DNA of 64,000 nt, taken from contig CM041465.1 of assembly GCA_023213395.1 (NCBI GenBank), forward strand, positions 201,569,741 through 201,633,740. The letters are read 5' to 3'. Shown piece by piece: positions 13,440 through 26,900 of the stretch; position 1 is the stretch's first letter, and every line of letters starts with the position of its first letter. Position numbers and translations under genes: made by a program. The notes under the pieces were generated by a model. That model made no database searches and had not been told where the DNA came from. It saw nothing but the letters and a program-made list of their open reading frames with translations. Origin of the DNA: Cycas panzhihuaensis (Eukaryota > Plantae > Cycadophyta).

Positions 13440-16400
13440 ACCATTCCTAAGAGTCTAGAATATATTAGGTGCTAGTGGTTTGGTGAAGATATCAACTAGT
13501 TATTCTTTTATCAACTTATACGCCATCTCCATCATACCATTTTTAATTAACTTTTAAATAAAGTAATGGTACACCTCAATATGATTAGTGCAAGTATGGA
13601 ATATAAGATTTTTGATCATTTTCAAGGTACTCTAATTATCATAGTATAAGATAGTTGGTTCCCATGTCCTATAGAATCTAACATAACCAAATGGCTTTTG
13701 TAGATACTATAACTATAGTCTTGTACTTTAGTTTACTAAAGGATAAAATAATATTTGATTACTTTTTACTACTCCATATGATGGTAGCTAAACCCATATT
13801 AAAGTAATACCCAAAAGTTGACCTTCTTCTATTTGCACATTCAACCCAATCAAAATCTATGAATCCTATTAATTTAAAAATATTGTTATGCTAGAATTTG
13901 AGTTCACAGTAAATCATCCCTTTCAAGTATTTGAGGATTATTTGTGTGGCTTTATAGTGACTCTATTTTGGTGCTATCATAAACTTGAATATTATTCTAA
14001 CTGCATAAGATACATTAGGTTTAGTAATAATTAGGTATATATATTTCCTATTAGTTATTTATACAATATATAACTCCATAAATTTCTATTATTAATTTAG
14101 AACTTGTCTCCATGGGGGTGGGTATAGGTTTATAATATTCCATTCTAAATTTCTTTGTAATCTCCCAAGTATACTTTACCTATAAGATGAAGGTATGTTC
14201 AGGCCTCTACCATACTTCCACTCTAAGGAAGTAGTGTAGAATTCCTAGATCTATCATCTCAAAGTAATGACTAAGATTTGCTTTTAAATATAATGTTATA
14301 TTAATATCATTACTTATGATCAATAGATCATCAATGTACAATACCAAAAATAAGATTTTACTATTCTCTACTTTGATATATGGGCTTGAATTATTTGGAG
14401 ATCTCTCAAAATCATTCTTATATAAGTATTGATTGATTTTCTTATACCAGGCTTTAGGAGCCTGTTTTAGGCCATACAAGGTCTTCTTAAGTCAACATAC
14501 TAAATGCACATGGCCTTTTTCAATAAAGTTAGATGGTTGCTCCATGTAGACTTCTTCATTTAACTCTCTATTCAAAAATTCACTTTTCACATGCATCTGG
14601 TGTAGTTGCTAATTGAATTATGTAGTTATCACCTTAATGAGTCAAATGATGTTCATCTTTATAACATGAGTGAATATCTATTGGTAATTGATCCCTTCTT
14701 ATTTCTTGAAGCCTTTAGCAATAAGTAATACTTATATTTATTTATAGATCCATCAAATTTAAACATGATTCTATAGATCTATTTGCATCTAATTATTTAC
14801 TTATTAGCACATAATTATACTAGATCCCATATGTGGTTTTTCCTGATTGCTTATATTTCAATATTATATAGTGTCATATCACTTTTACTCTTTAAGTATT
14901 TTTTCAATTATTAATGATTTATCTACATCTAAGACATGTCATAAGTTCTATGTTTACATGTTCAGATGATTGCATTCTTATTTTTTGCTCTATCATATTT
15001 AGGTAATATTTTCTTTATATCCTCCATGGTTTTCAAATACCATTTCGAAAGCTTCTTCTTTGAAGATAAAGATGAAGTATCTAATAGTTTTTTTGGCTTA
15101 AGGTTTGACTTTTTCTTTGTCTTTAGCTTTTACCTAAAATTATCTTTTGGAAATTAGAAGGATTCTAACTTTGTTACTATATCAATATCAAATAACTTAT
15201 ACTTTAGTTAAAAGATGTCATATAAAGGACTACATTCATGCAACTCCTTAACCTAGCCCTTAGCATTATTTGAATCATGATCTTAAGTCTTATCTTCCTA
15301 AAAAATCACATCACAAGTTATGTAAAATTTTTAAGTTAACAACTTGTATACCCTACAAGCTTTTCTTTCCTTAGAGTATCCAACAAAGATCGTCTTAATC
15401 CCATGATCTTTACATAACTCTATAAATTAATTTGATGTGTATTCTCCATAATTATCCATTTATAGAACTTTAATCTTCAAAACACTTTTATTTTCCACTA
15501 ACTCTTTGAACTATTTAAAGTAGATGAAGGCTTATCATTTTTCCCTCAATAGAAAAACCTAGAGTTTTTTATGAAAAGTCATCAATAAAAGTGATAAGAT
15601 ATCTTACTCCTCATAATGAGATGATAGGTATTGGTCCATAAATTTATGAATGAACCAATCTTAGCTTCTGTTTGGCTCTTTGTGCCTTCTTCTTTAAAAA
15701 GGACTCTTTATGTTATGTTCCAAATATACAAGGTTTATATATTCATCCTTTACTATCTATCATGGGAAGACTATGCATTATTTTTAGCGTATTCATCAAT
15801 TGAAGACTAGTGTAGTTTAGATAACCTATACATTCATGATGTAACTTTTGTTTTGGAGATATATAGAGGTACAATCTCTGCATATATAAGTTTCTTTATA
15901 GATTTTATAAGTTATTTTCCCTGAGATCCTTGGCTACAATATTATTTCATTTATCTTAGAATATGCATTGTTCTAAAGTAAACATTATAGTCATGTTTCA
16001 TTATTCAATTTCCTTAATTAAAACAACATTGGCCTTATGATTTTGTACATATAAAATATTACCTAGATATGTTTTATCTCTATTTGACATGATTATTAAA
16101 ACCTTTGCTACTAATGTATCATCCAAATCAGTGTTATCCCCAATAATGACCTTTTGATGTACTTCCAACATTTAAAAGAATTATTCTAGCCTTCTAGTCC
16201 ATGTGTCATGATACATGAGAATTAATGAACTAGACATCCTATACATTTGAATCTATTTTATACACTACACAAAGTAATCATTTTGATATCTTAGTAGGTG
16301 ACTTCTTTGTTATATTTAAAACTTAACCATATTAATAAGGTGGTGGTTATTATCATTATTATTATTATCTTTGCTATTGGGGTTATTACTATTATTATCA

Positions 16401-16520
16401 TTGGGGTGGATTTTGTAATTATTGTAAATTCTACTACCATATCTAATGATCCTTTTTAATTTGTCTTAATTCTCTATAGTGATAACACTTTGGTCCATAG
16501 TGTCCCTTAAGGCTTATATG
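13440..16520 (-). pseudogene. Copia gag-end/PR/INT/RT/RH polyprotein pseudogene
   Basis: Order (minus strand): Zn knuckle ~16480, PR ~16230, INT 15300-15850, RT 13900-14850, RH 13440-13870; many stops; deletion within INT. Confidence 0.88.
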
Positions 16521-17421
16521 TTTGTAAATAGTATAATTCTTAAGACCTATAAGTTTTTTTATGGTTGTATTCATTATACCACCTGTACTAGCCATTTTAA
16601 GTAGAAAGCAACAAAAAACCAATTAGAAAGAAGGAAAAATAATCATAAAAATAAAGAAAGAAATCTATAAAAGTCCTCAATCTATGTGTAAGTAGTTGGT
16701 ATGGGTAGTTTTCTACCTCAGTCTACTCATAGGTAGCTAAAATACCACAAAAAATTATAAAATTTACCTTTTTACTATACAAGTGTAGCATATGACCACT
16801 ATTAAATTGAAGCTCTAAAAATATTAATCATTGTGGTATATTTATTTTTGTAAAATAGATACTATGTGACCTAGAAATAACATTAACACTTAAATGACAA
16901 TGTGATTGGGGACTAGCAGGCAGGGGGCTAACTTATAGAACTCAAATCTCTTTCTAATTTAACTTAATATCATATAAATTTTATAAAAATTTAAATAGTT
17001 TTTATCTTAACTTTATTTGAAAATATTCCTTAAGAATATTCTTCCAAAAAAGAGTGGGCGATAAATGGACCCCTTCACAAAATCAATTATATATCATAAA
17101 AGAAGTTATTTTCTAAAAAAAAATCTTTCACCACTACATAGTTGGATTATTAGTGGTTAGTTTAAAAACTACATTAATTGGTTTCATTGCATCAAGCATC
17201 ATTGGGAATACATAAAAGATTCTACTTCCTACTTAGGCCTTTATTTGGTGTCCTTTAGCCTATTCAACTTTGTTACTTTCTATGTTGTCTACTTATTTAT
17301 GTTTAGCCTATGTTTGGCTCATTTATTTCTCTACTTGGTCTTAGTTTTTTATTGTGTACCTCCTCTTCATCTTAATATACTTCATTAAGCCCTCTCTTAC
17401 ACGTCTAGTTCACATTATATT

Positions 17422-18774
17422 TGACAGAATTAGAGTTAATCTAATTACTAGAAAAAAATGATAGGATCTTTATTCTATTGTATCCAACAAACATAAACTC
17501 ATTAAAGATATTATGAACATATTCACATGAATACAATATGTTGAATGAGGATTAGAAATTAACTCTAATCTAAAATAATGATAGATCAAATTAGTTGATA
17601 ACTAATATAGAATTTTGGCAAAGTTGGACTCTAACCAAAGATCTCTCTTTTACACGAGTGTATATATGGCCTTAATCTATAGAAGGCTCAATATTTGCCA
17701 CTTTATAAAATGGTAAGTGCAGATTGGACTTCACATGCTCACATTTCATTAGACCTCATATTATATACATCTCATCAGATGGTTATGAAGCTAAAGTGGG
17801 GTGATGACCCTCAACTAGGAAGTACAATATTAAGTCATAACTTAAGTTATAATTGACTAACTTTATATAAGAGTACATGAAGGGGTTATTATATTTTAAC
17901 ATCCTCTCTTAATGACAACTTCATTAATCTTTATGCCAAAGTCATGTTGAAACCTTTGAAACTTTAGTTTACTAAATGTTTTAGTGAAGATATTTACAAC
18001 CTAGTCTTTAGTCAATCTTTTTGTAAGATTAATTTGCTTTATTCAATTATGACTAGGTAGTCTACATTATTTCATAGGCTATCATCTCTTCTATGATTAG
18101 GCATAGCTTCTTCTATGACTAGTGTGGGTAAACAAACTAATCAAGTAAAGAGAACAAATTAAATAGAATGAACGAGCCTTAAATAGGCTTCTATTTTTAT
18201 AAGGGAATTAAATAGAACTTAGTGGTCTCATCCATCTAGTGATTAACCATAGCAGACCAGTGTATGTAAGAGAACCTAGCTCTAATACTAAATGACAAAA
18301 TTAGAATTAATCTAATAACTAGAAAACACATGATATGATCTTTATTCTCTTATATCCAATAAATATAAACTCATCAAGTATATTATAAACACATTCATAT
18401 GAATATAATATGTTGAAGGAGGATTAGAAATTAGCTCTAACCTAAAATAATGATAAATAAAATTAGTTGACAATTGATACAGAAGTTTGGTAGACTTTTG
18501 ACTGTCACCAAAGATCTCTCTTTTATATGAGTGTAGACATGGCCTTAATTTATAGAGGGCTCGATGACTATCGCTTTACAAAATGGTGAGTGTAAACTAG
18601 ACCTCACATGCTCATATTTCATTGAATCTCAAGTTACATACATCTCATTCGATGATTATGAGGCTAAAATAGGGTGATGACCCTCAATTAGGAAGTACAA
18701 CATTAAGTCATAACTTAAGTTATAATTAAATAACTTTAAATAAGAGTACATGAAGGAGTCATTATATTTTAATA
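17422..18774 (-). mobile_element. TRIM-like Copia deletion derivative nested in the 13041-20509 element
   Basis: ~480-bp LTRs 17422-17901 and 18293-18774; ~390-bp internal part with eroded PBS (gctctaatacta, 18279-18290), PPT AGAGAGGA (17902-17909) and Copia RH C-terminal remnant D*VVNIFTKTF; TSD ATATT/GTACT (differs by transitions only). Confidence 0.87.
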
Positions 18775-20509
18775 GTACTTCTAGCCCTATAATAGGCATT
18801 TGATCATCTACTTTTGTGTTTGGTGCATTGTATGTAGAGGCATCCATTTCACATGGGCATCTATGATTTTCATCTACCCTTTTAGCATCTATTTGACCTT
18901 TGTGTGGGTGTGCTTAGTTAGTTCTTTTGATTTGTATAAATCTTTATTTGATAATAGGAGGCTATAATCTATATAATAATCTTAAGGTCATCTCACATTC
19001 TGTGCATTATTATCTCATAATTTCTACATTGTTGAGTTTGTAGTTATGGCAATCTATTGACAAGTTTACTTTCTATCTTTGCTCCTTATGTTGGCAAGTT
19101 TATTATTCGTAGGCATCCCTATTAACATAGTGACTTTTGTTCTACTTCACTCTTTGGTCATGAGGTCTAGCTCTTAGTCTACATCTCTTTTTGGCATCTT
19201 TGATGCTCATCTAGATCTATGGAGACATGGGAATTTTTTCTTATATTTTTAATATATCATTTAGATCAATTATTTGTAACTCACTATAGGCATAGGAGTT
19301 TGTGCAACTTGAGTCCTTTGTTGATGACTTTATAGCTACAGCCACTTGTTGTATCTCAATCTTTATAGTATGGGCTTACTCAAATATCTCCTTACATACT
19401 TTATAGATCATTTTGATCAATTTTTATTGATTTATTCATGCCCAAGCCACTGTAGGAAAGCTCGTTATTTCCTTGACCTTGAATATGAAAAAGTTTTGAT
19501 TTTTTTATATAGTTTATAAACTATATACTATGAAATTTAGAATACTCTTTAATAAATATTTCTTTTATAATAAAAGACCTCTCTTACAAGTTTAAAAAAT
19601 ATCATTTTAATATATTTTAATACTTTTGATTTAATATTTTATCTATGTTTTGAACAAAGATCAACAACTTTGAAAATCAATGGCCAATAGAGATCTACAT
19701 TAATGTAATACATAATACTCTATCCAATACTATTTTTACTAGAGATCATATTCATAATGGCCTACTACAACTTGACAAGTCTATTAATAATAAATCAACA
19801 ACCCTTTACCTTTAAAGACTATCTACCATCTTACATGTGAGTTTTTATACCCACATATGACATATGTCTTCATGCATGTCTCTTCTAGTCTACAAATTGG
19901 TGTCCAACTTCCTACATATGTGTATTTCTTCCTACATGTCTTTTTCAAGCCTACAAATAGATGTTCAACTACCTACATTCAAGTTTGTACAACATGCATG
20001 TTGTATCCACTAGAATAACTAAATAGCTCAACTAAAAAATAGAATTTAATATATATCAAACATGTGAATTTTAAGTAACAACCAGATATAATATACTAAT
20101 CAGCGATTATGGTTGATAAATACACTAAGAATTTACTTTAATACTATAACATTATAATAAGGCATACAATGGTGTCAATAATTAAAAGGATTAACCACCA
20201 AATAGTAAAAATCAATTCTAAATATTTGATATAATCTCTATTTAATAAATGCCTCACATTACAAATTGAATCAATAATCCTTACTCTTCACTCATACATC
20301 TTATAAAATGACCTATACATAACTATATATAATAATGAAGAGAATAATAATCCTATCTAACTTGACATATATGAGATGAGAGTCATAACCCCCATTGACT
20401 TATCACTTAGAAATTATAAAATAATCTAACTATAATATAACATAAAATATTAAAGGGGAGGTTTATAACCTAAGGTTATGAACCATGAAATAAACATTAG
20501 TGTTTAACA

Positions 20510-23500
20510 TGATCAAGATTGGTCACGAGAAATTGATCCCTTTGACCCTCATAGGCCTTCCCTAATGTGATAACCTCATCATACCCTATATATGAGCTTG
20601 ACCTTGCCTATTAGAATCTTATTAATTCTCCTGCATATGCCATCAAAGTTTCTTAACCCTAAGATACCTCATCTGACCCTAAGACTATAACTTATGTTCA
20701 TCCATTTGATTAGTCCTAAGGGATCGAATCCTTCTTTGACTTCTCCTAGACCCTAAAGAGTCCATTAGATACTATGGATTCCTTAAGATCCTAATTTAAA
20801 TAATCATCTAAAAATATAACTCTTGCATATGTTCATCACTTATTTAGGACTAGTTTAGCCTATCTTCTTCCATTCCACCACCCTAATAGTAAGTAGTTTC
20901 ATAACCAAAGGTTGTTTCACAAGGGGCAACTTCACAACTTGTCCCCATTCCTACTTAACCTTCACTGATAATAGCCTTATTCATGACTTCTTCCTTAATG
21001 GTAGGTCATCCTCCTCTGACCTAACTAATTCAACATTCCACCCCACTTACCCCTCTAATAAGTGATCTTCTTACTTTGATCACTTAGCCTATAAGGATGT
21101 GGTCCATGTCCCCTTTCCCTCTATTTCCACCTTATCCCATACCTCTATCTTTGCTTTAACTCACAAGACCGTGGGGCTTGCTTGAGCTGACTACGTGCCT
21201 TGTCTAACCTCTCCATCAATTTAGGTAATCTACTTTTGTCCCACCTGGATATATTACTCAATAGTGGGGGCTATGTGTGATTTGCCCCCAAGTTCTTTTT
21301 GGGGTTGATCTCCTTCACCTATACAAAATTGTCCCCTCAATCAAAGGCTTGTATGGGCAAAGCTTAGTTTGTCATCCTTCTTCATGCCAAGATCCTTCAC
21401 ATCATCAAGTTGTTAAGCCCCAAACCATACTAACTTACCATACTCAATCTCATCCAATGTTGACTCCATCTTATACTACTCTTCCTTAAGGAATCTTTAC
21501 ATAAGCAGGAGTGCTCATTTAAACACACCAACCCCCTCCTTACTAATATTAACCCTATGGTTTCTTTGATTATAGAGGGATCGTGATATATATGGTAAAC
21601 ACATATGCCCAAACAATAATATCCTATTAATTTGAGAGCATTCCCTAACTTGTGCCTCCCTACCAACCCTATTATTAGGGGAAAGCCCCCTATAATGTGG
21701 CTTAAACCTTATATCCATGTCAAACCCAACTAATAGGTCCACCTGTCAATCCTTTATCTCAACCTAGGGCACACCTATTCATTGACTATTGTACCAGTCC
21801 TCTCTCTTTAGAGGCACTTCAAACTAATTTACCACATCACCCTCCAAAAGTTTCAAAGTTTAAAGGTACTTTATCTCAATACCCTAGGGACCATATTAAG
21901 GCATATGCCATGGCATGTATTGACTGTTCACCTTATAACCACATTTTAGTAAAGTTATTCCCTCAATTCCTTCAAGGTAATACTTTGAAATGGGTTTGCC
22001 ACCTCCCTCCTTATTCTATTTATTATTTTTGGTAATTGGTTGACACCTTTATGAACTATTTTAATGTTTCACATCCTTTTAAGAGGGGGGCTAAGGCCCT
22101 TAATTCTCATAATAAGATTAGGATGAGCTCAATCAAGATTTCATCCATTGTTTCCATGACCTATTGGATTCATCAAATGTTACATTGCCTAAATGCCTAA
22201 AAATGCATATCTTTGCAAATGCCCTTTGCCCAAAGATCCATATGGAATTACTTAATATGGGTACAAATACATGTGACTCTATCATTACCAAGCTCCTTAC
22301 CTTAGAGCCCATTAAGATCTAGGTAAGACTTAAAAAGATCAACAAGTTTACCTTACAATGAGAGGTGCCCCCTCCACTATAAGACCATAGGCCTCAACCA
22401 TAAATTTAAAGGCCCCCTATTGACACCCTTAACAAGATTATGGATTCTTTTACTTTTGACATTTTCTCATTCAAGCAAATTATGGCTAGGGCCAATGGTA
22501 ACCTCTTGCTCCCTTGCACAAGTATAAGCTTCTTCATTAAACCACTCAAAACCCTCCTCTAACTAAGGACACCAAGCTTGAGCCTTCATCTAAGTAGAAG
22601 AATATATCCACTCCTCCTAGGGAGAAAAGATAGTATTCAATCGATTACCAAGGTTTTCATGATGATGCCTATTACTAGACCCAACATCTCGAATTAGCAC
22701 CCCCACAAGATTCTCCAATATAACTTGCCTCCAAATGCAACCTAAAATAGTAAGTACACATAGATCCACTCCTAGTTCATAAGGATCTTAAACCTCACAA
22801 GCAACTATAAGCCCAACAAGGAAAGGGAAGATCCCAATATCAATGAAGTAAACCCCCGTCACCCCCCCTAAAAAAGAAAGGCTGACAAAGCCCTTTAAGT
22901 TGAGCTAAAATCTATGCCTCCTAAAGACCAAGATTCTCTAGAGGTCATTGAGCACTATAACACAAATGGTAAAAGAGTCATTCAAATGCTTGAGACTACT
23001 AAGGCATTTTCCATAAATTAAGCTCAAGTAGTTAAATAAGTTGAAGGGGGCTCCTCTTCCTAACAACCACCCATGGAACCTTAACCAATGGAGATCTATT
23101 TATTTCCAAAAACCATTCTTATTCATCCAAGTTATTATTACATAAAGAGGGCCCTTCCCTAACCTATTGGTAAGGGGAATTCATTCTTGATCATTGAGGA
23201 GCTTCAAATGGTATCCACGGGTATGTTTGTAATAGACATCCTATGGAAGTACCCTAATCAAAGAAGTCTACTTTTATAAGCCTTAGGGCATAAAGAAGTT
23301 CTTATCCATAGCATCCATATCAAATCCATGGGCTAGCCACCTATTATAGACTTTGACCTAAAGGACTTGCCATATCTAAATAAGTAGAAGTGCCTTTAGT
23401 ACTCCCATTTACTATTACGATCGAGACTCCAGAGTTTGACCTAAATAGAATTGTGGTAGATAATGGGTCTTCAGTCGGTTCCATGCCTGCCTAAATGTTT

Positions 23501-23950
23501 GAAGAATTAAGCATTAAGGCCCTTGAACTAGTCCTTTGGAAGTGCTAAAGGTATGATAAGAATGAGAAAGCCCATTTAGGAATAGTCACCATCCCTCTTA
23601 CCCTTGAGGATTAAACCATTTAAACTGAGATTATGGTCATGGACATCAATGTTTACTATAACTTCCTTTTAGGAAGGTAGTGGCTAGACCAAGTGGGGGT
23701 AGCTTACTCTTCATTGTGTGGATAATTAAAATTGATTTATAATGGAAGGGTGTGTATCATTACATGGGAACCACCTTCTCCTTATTCATCTTAACTTGTC
23801 GTATAAGTTATCTTTAACACTGAAGCTAAAGAAGCAACTAAGCATGATTGATAGCTTGAGTTCCTCTTTCAGAATTTGAGACTCTAGTTTAATGAAGACC
23901 TCCCTTCTCAAGGACACAATGTGATTTGATTACTATGTAATAGGCCTTTG
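20510..23950 (+). mobile_element. Element E: Tat-type Ty3/gypsy gag-protease remnant, same family as A/B; probably continues left of the 13041-20509 insertion
   Basis: 21820-22700 is collinear with the gag of B (46160-47010). 23400-23760 encodes VVDNGSSVGSMP...YNFLLGR. No RT follows. Confidence 0.85.
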
Positions 23951-26900
23951 GCATATGGTATCTCTACTTTATAATGTTTTGGCATCTTATTGGCCAATAA
24001 TCAACTACAATTCTATGAAATCTAGGATGTCCATATTTTATCTCTTTAATTTATCATAAATCTACAATGGAATCTTAGCCACTATACTTTATGGCACTTA
24101 CATCATGGGTTTCACACAGTGATTTTTTTTTGCACTTTTATCTCTATCTTTATATAACCATATGGGTATCATTCTCTATATTTAAAGTTTATACTTGGTG
24201 CCTTAGATCTTTTTCTTTAATATCTTTATGCTTAGCCATTTCTTTATGGTTTTATTTAGTGATTCCAAATAAGGGTTTAAGATAATTATATACTTATCAC
24301 ATTGGCCACCATATAAACTTTTAATAACATTAAATATAAATAAGAGAGGCATAGTTTAATGAAGAATATCCTATAATGGAAATGATTCCTAAAAAATGAG
24401 ACATTGCAATGACCTCCACCTTTAAGTTTCATGAATATGAAAACCTTCTCCATAGTATTTTTATCTATAGAAACCCTCATGGATTTTATCTGCATATGAC
24501 TATGATGCATTCCTCCTATTTCAATGTAGAATTATGGACCCAATTTTTAAAAACTTGGATGCTTCAAAATCTTTTAGTGCCACATGCATAAATAATGAGT
24601 CTAATTAATTTCAAGAATATTTTTTAGCATGAATTTAAGATCCCCATTTCGAAACTTATCCTAATTCATTTACCAATCAAATTAGGCATAATCTTATTCC
24701 ATAAATATTCAAATATCACATGAAAAATATTTATCTCTTTGACTTTGTAATATTTCATAAACAAACTTTAACCTTCAAGATCTAACTTAATCTTTAGTAC
24801 TAAATATTAGAAAATTAATTTACCCTAATATGGAATTGCTAAAAATAGTGGAAGTGATGATATCAAATATTAGAAATAAAATTAAGCTTAAATATTATGA
24901 ATAAAAATATAGTAAATATGAAGTGAAATAGAAATATAACAATGAAAATATAAATAATGAAACATGGACATAAACAAAATAAATTTGGTAGAGAATAATC
25001 ACTCTTTAAGTACTCCATTAGGAAGATTTATATATTTATAGATACAATTCACCTCATCACTATCCAATCACATATACAAACCTCTAATTCATCTAATACG
25101 ATGACATGAAGATTAATATATATTTTCATGATTCTAATACAATTTTTCCTAATTCTTACAATTTAAGAATGACTTAACTTAAAAGAGAAGGTTAAAGTTA
25201 TGACCTTTAATACATTTAAGACATGAATTAAACATTACTACCAACATTCTCCAACATAAGCAATGAAAAATAATCTATATCAAAGCTTCAAATAAAAAGG
25301 AAAATATATACGATATATATATATATATATATATAAAGATATAAAGTTAGATAAGACCTAACAAACTTTAATGAAAACGATATTTCAAATCTCTAAATAA
25401 ATTATGAAATGCTTATAAAATTAACAACTTAAAAGCCCTAGTATAATAAATTAATAATAAATTTAACAACCATGGAAAGTAAATTTTAAGAAGAAGACAA
25501 TAATAAATAAGAATAATATCAAGATATAATAATTAAAATGAATTTTAATAAATCTTAAAAGCACTAGATCTTAAGAGAAACATTAGATCTTAGGATAAAT
25601 ATTAATTAAATAAATAAGTATAATAGTCTTCCAGATAAAGAAAAATTTTAAGGAATATACACTAAAGTATATTCTAATTTTAATTTTAATTCCAAGACTA
25701 GGTGAAAATACCTACCTTTGATCCCTCATGGATTCTTTGTTATTACTATATAATAAGTTATAAATTCTTACTATATAATGCTTTGTTATTTATGAATCTT
25801 ACTCTAGCCTAGTGTTATTTGCTTGAAATCTCTCATGATCACGCCACAAAGCATTAGAGGACACCATTAGAATGGATTTCTTCTTATAATAAAATTTCAC
25901 TAGAACGTATTTTGGTTATAATATATTTTTATAATTCATGAGGATTATGTTCAAAAACTTATAGGGTGTTCATGTAATAGTAAAGACTACTTAGACTTTT
26001 AATATATTAGAAATACTAAATAACAAATGAAAATTGTGACACCAAACATAAGACATCAAATCAAACTTAAATTTTTAATGGATTAGAAATGTTGAATGGT
26101 AACATAAGCTCATACATTAAGTGTGAATCACATGATTAGGCACTAAGAGATAGAGAACAATAGAAGAAAGGGGTTTAAAGAGGAAAAATAATGCATGGAA
26201 TAATTAAGGAAGCATATTGGCTACTACAAATACACTAAATATGGTAATATTATTGAGAAGATATATTTAGTAGATTGACTACAATGCAAATAAACAAAAA
26301 TGAAAAAAATATAGAGTACAATGATAAAATATAATGCAAGTAGCCAATATTACAAAAAGGATGTAATATGGATAAACTATTAGTATGTAAAAAAATAGAA
26401 AAAGGAATAGGAAAATAAAAGGTGTAATAGAGTAGTGCCAAGAGTAACTACTTTAATAGTAAATGAGATGAGCTCAAATAAAGGCAAGTAAACCTAAGAA
26501 GTGGCTAGGTGAGCCCAAGTGGATAACGACATCAATACAAGCCAATATAATGGTAGTGCATATGGTAAAGCTTATAAAAATTATTATTTTTATCAAAGAT
26601 CAAAAGTCATGCTATTCTTTAATACCTCTTGCATTTTAATATATGATAGTTAATTCTAGTTAATTAGAGCTAACTCTATCTATAATGTAATATTGATTTA
26701 AGTTCCTTATATAATAATATAAATGTACCATTCATAGCATCATAAGAAAAGTTGGAATGGAAAAGAGATGTAAAAGAAATAGATAAAAAGGGGATATTTA
26801 TAAGGTATTTAGTTACATCCTTTCTCTTTCTAGATATATTAGAATAATACCCATATTAGGGTAAGTACTCACCTTGGGGAGATTGCCCACATTGAGGTAA

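Larger units (their letters stand above)
13041..20509 (-). mobile_element. Degenerate Ty1/copia LTR retrotransposon
   Basis: LTRs ~13041-13400 and ~20150-20509; PPT AGGAGGGC at 13401-13408; eroded PBS at ~20135-20146; degenerate TSD TGGCC/TGATC; RT motifs YGLKQAPKAW and LYIDDL (14207-14479), plus RH, INT and Zn-knuckle remnants. Confidence 0.9.

Noticed and set aside
23950-25200. Possible degenerate LINE (ORF1/endonuclease) fragments on the minus strand
   Set aside because: Only faint motif resemblance; cannot be supported without a translated search
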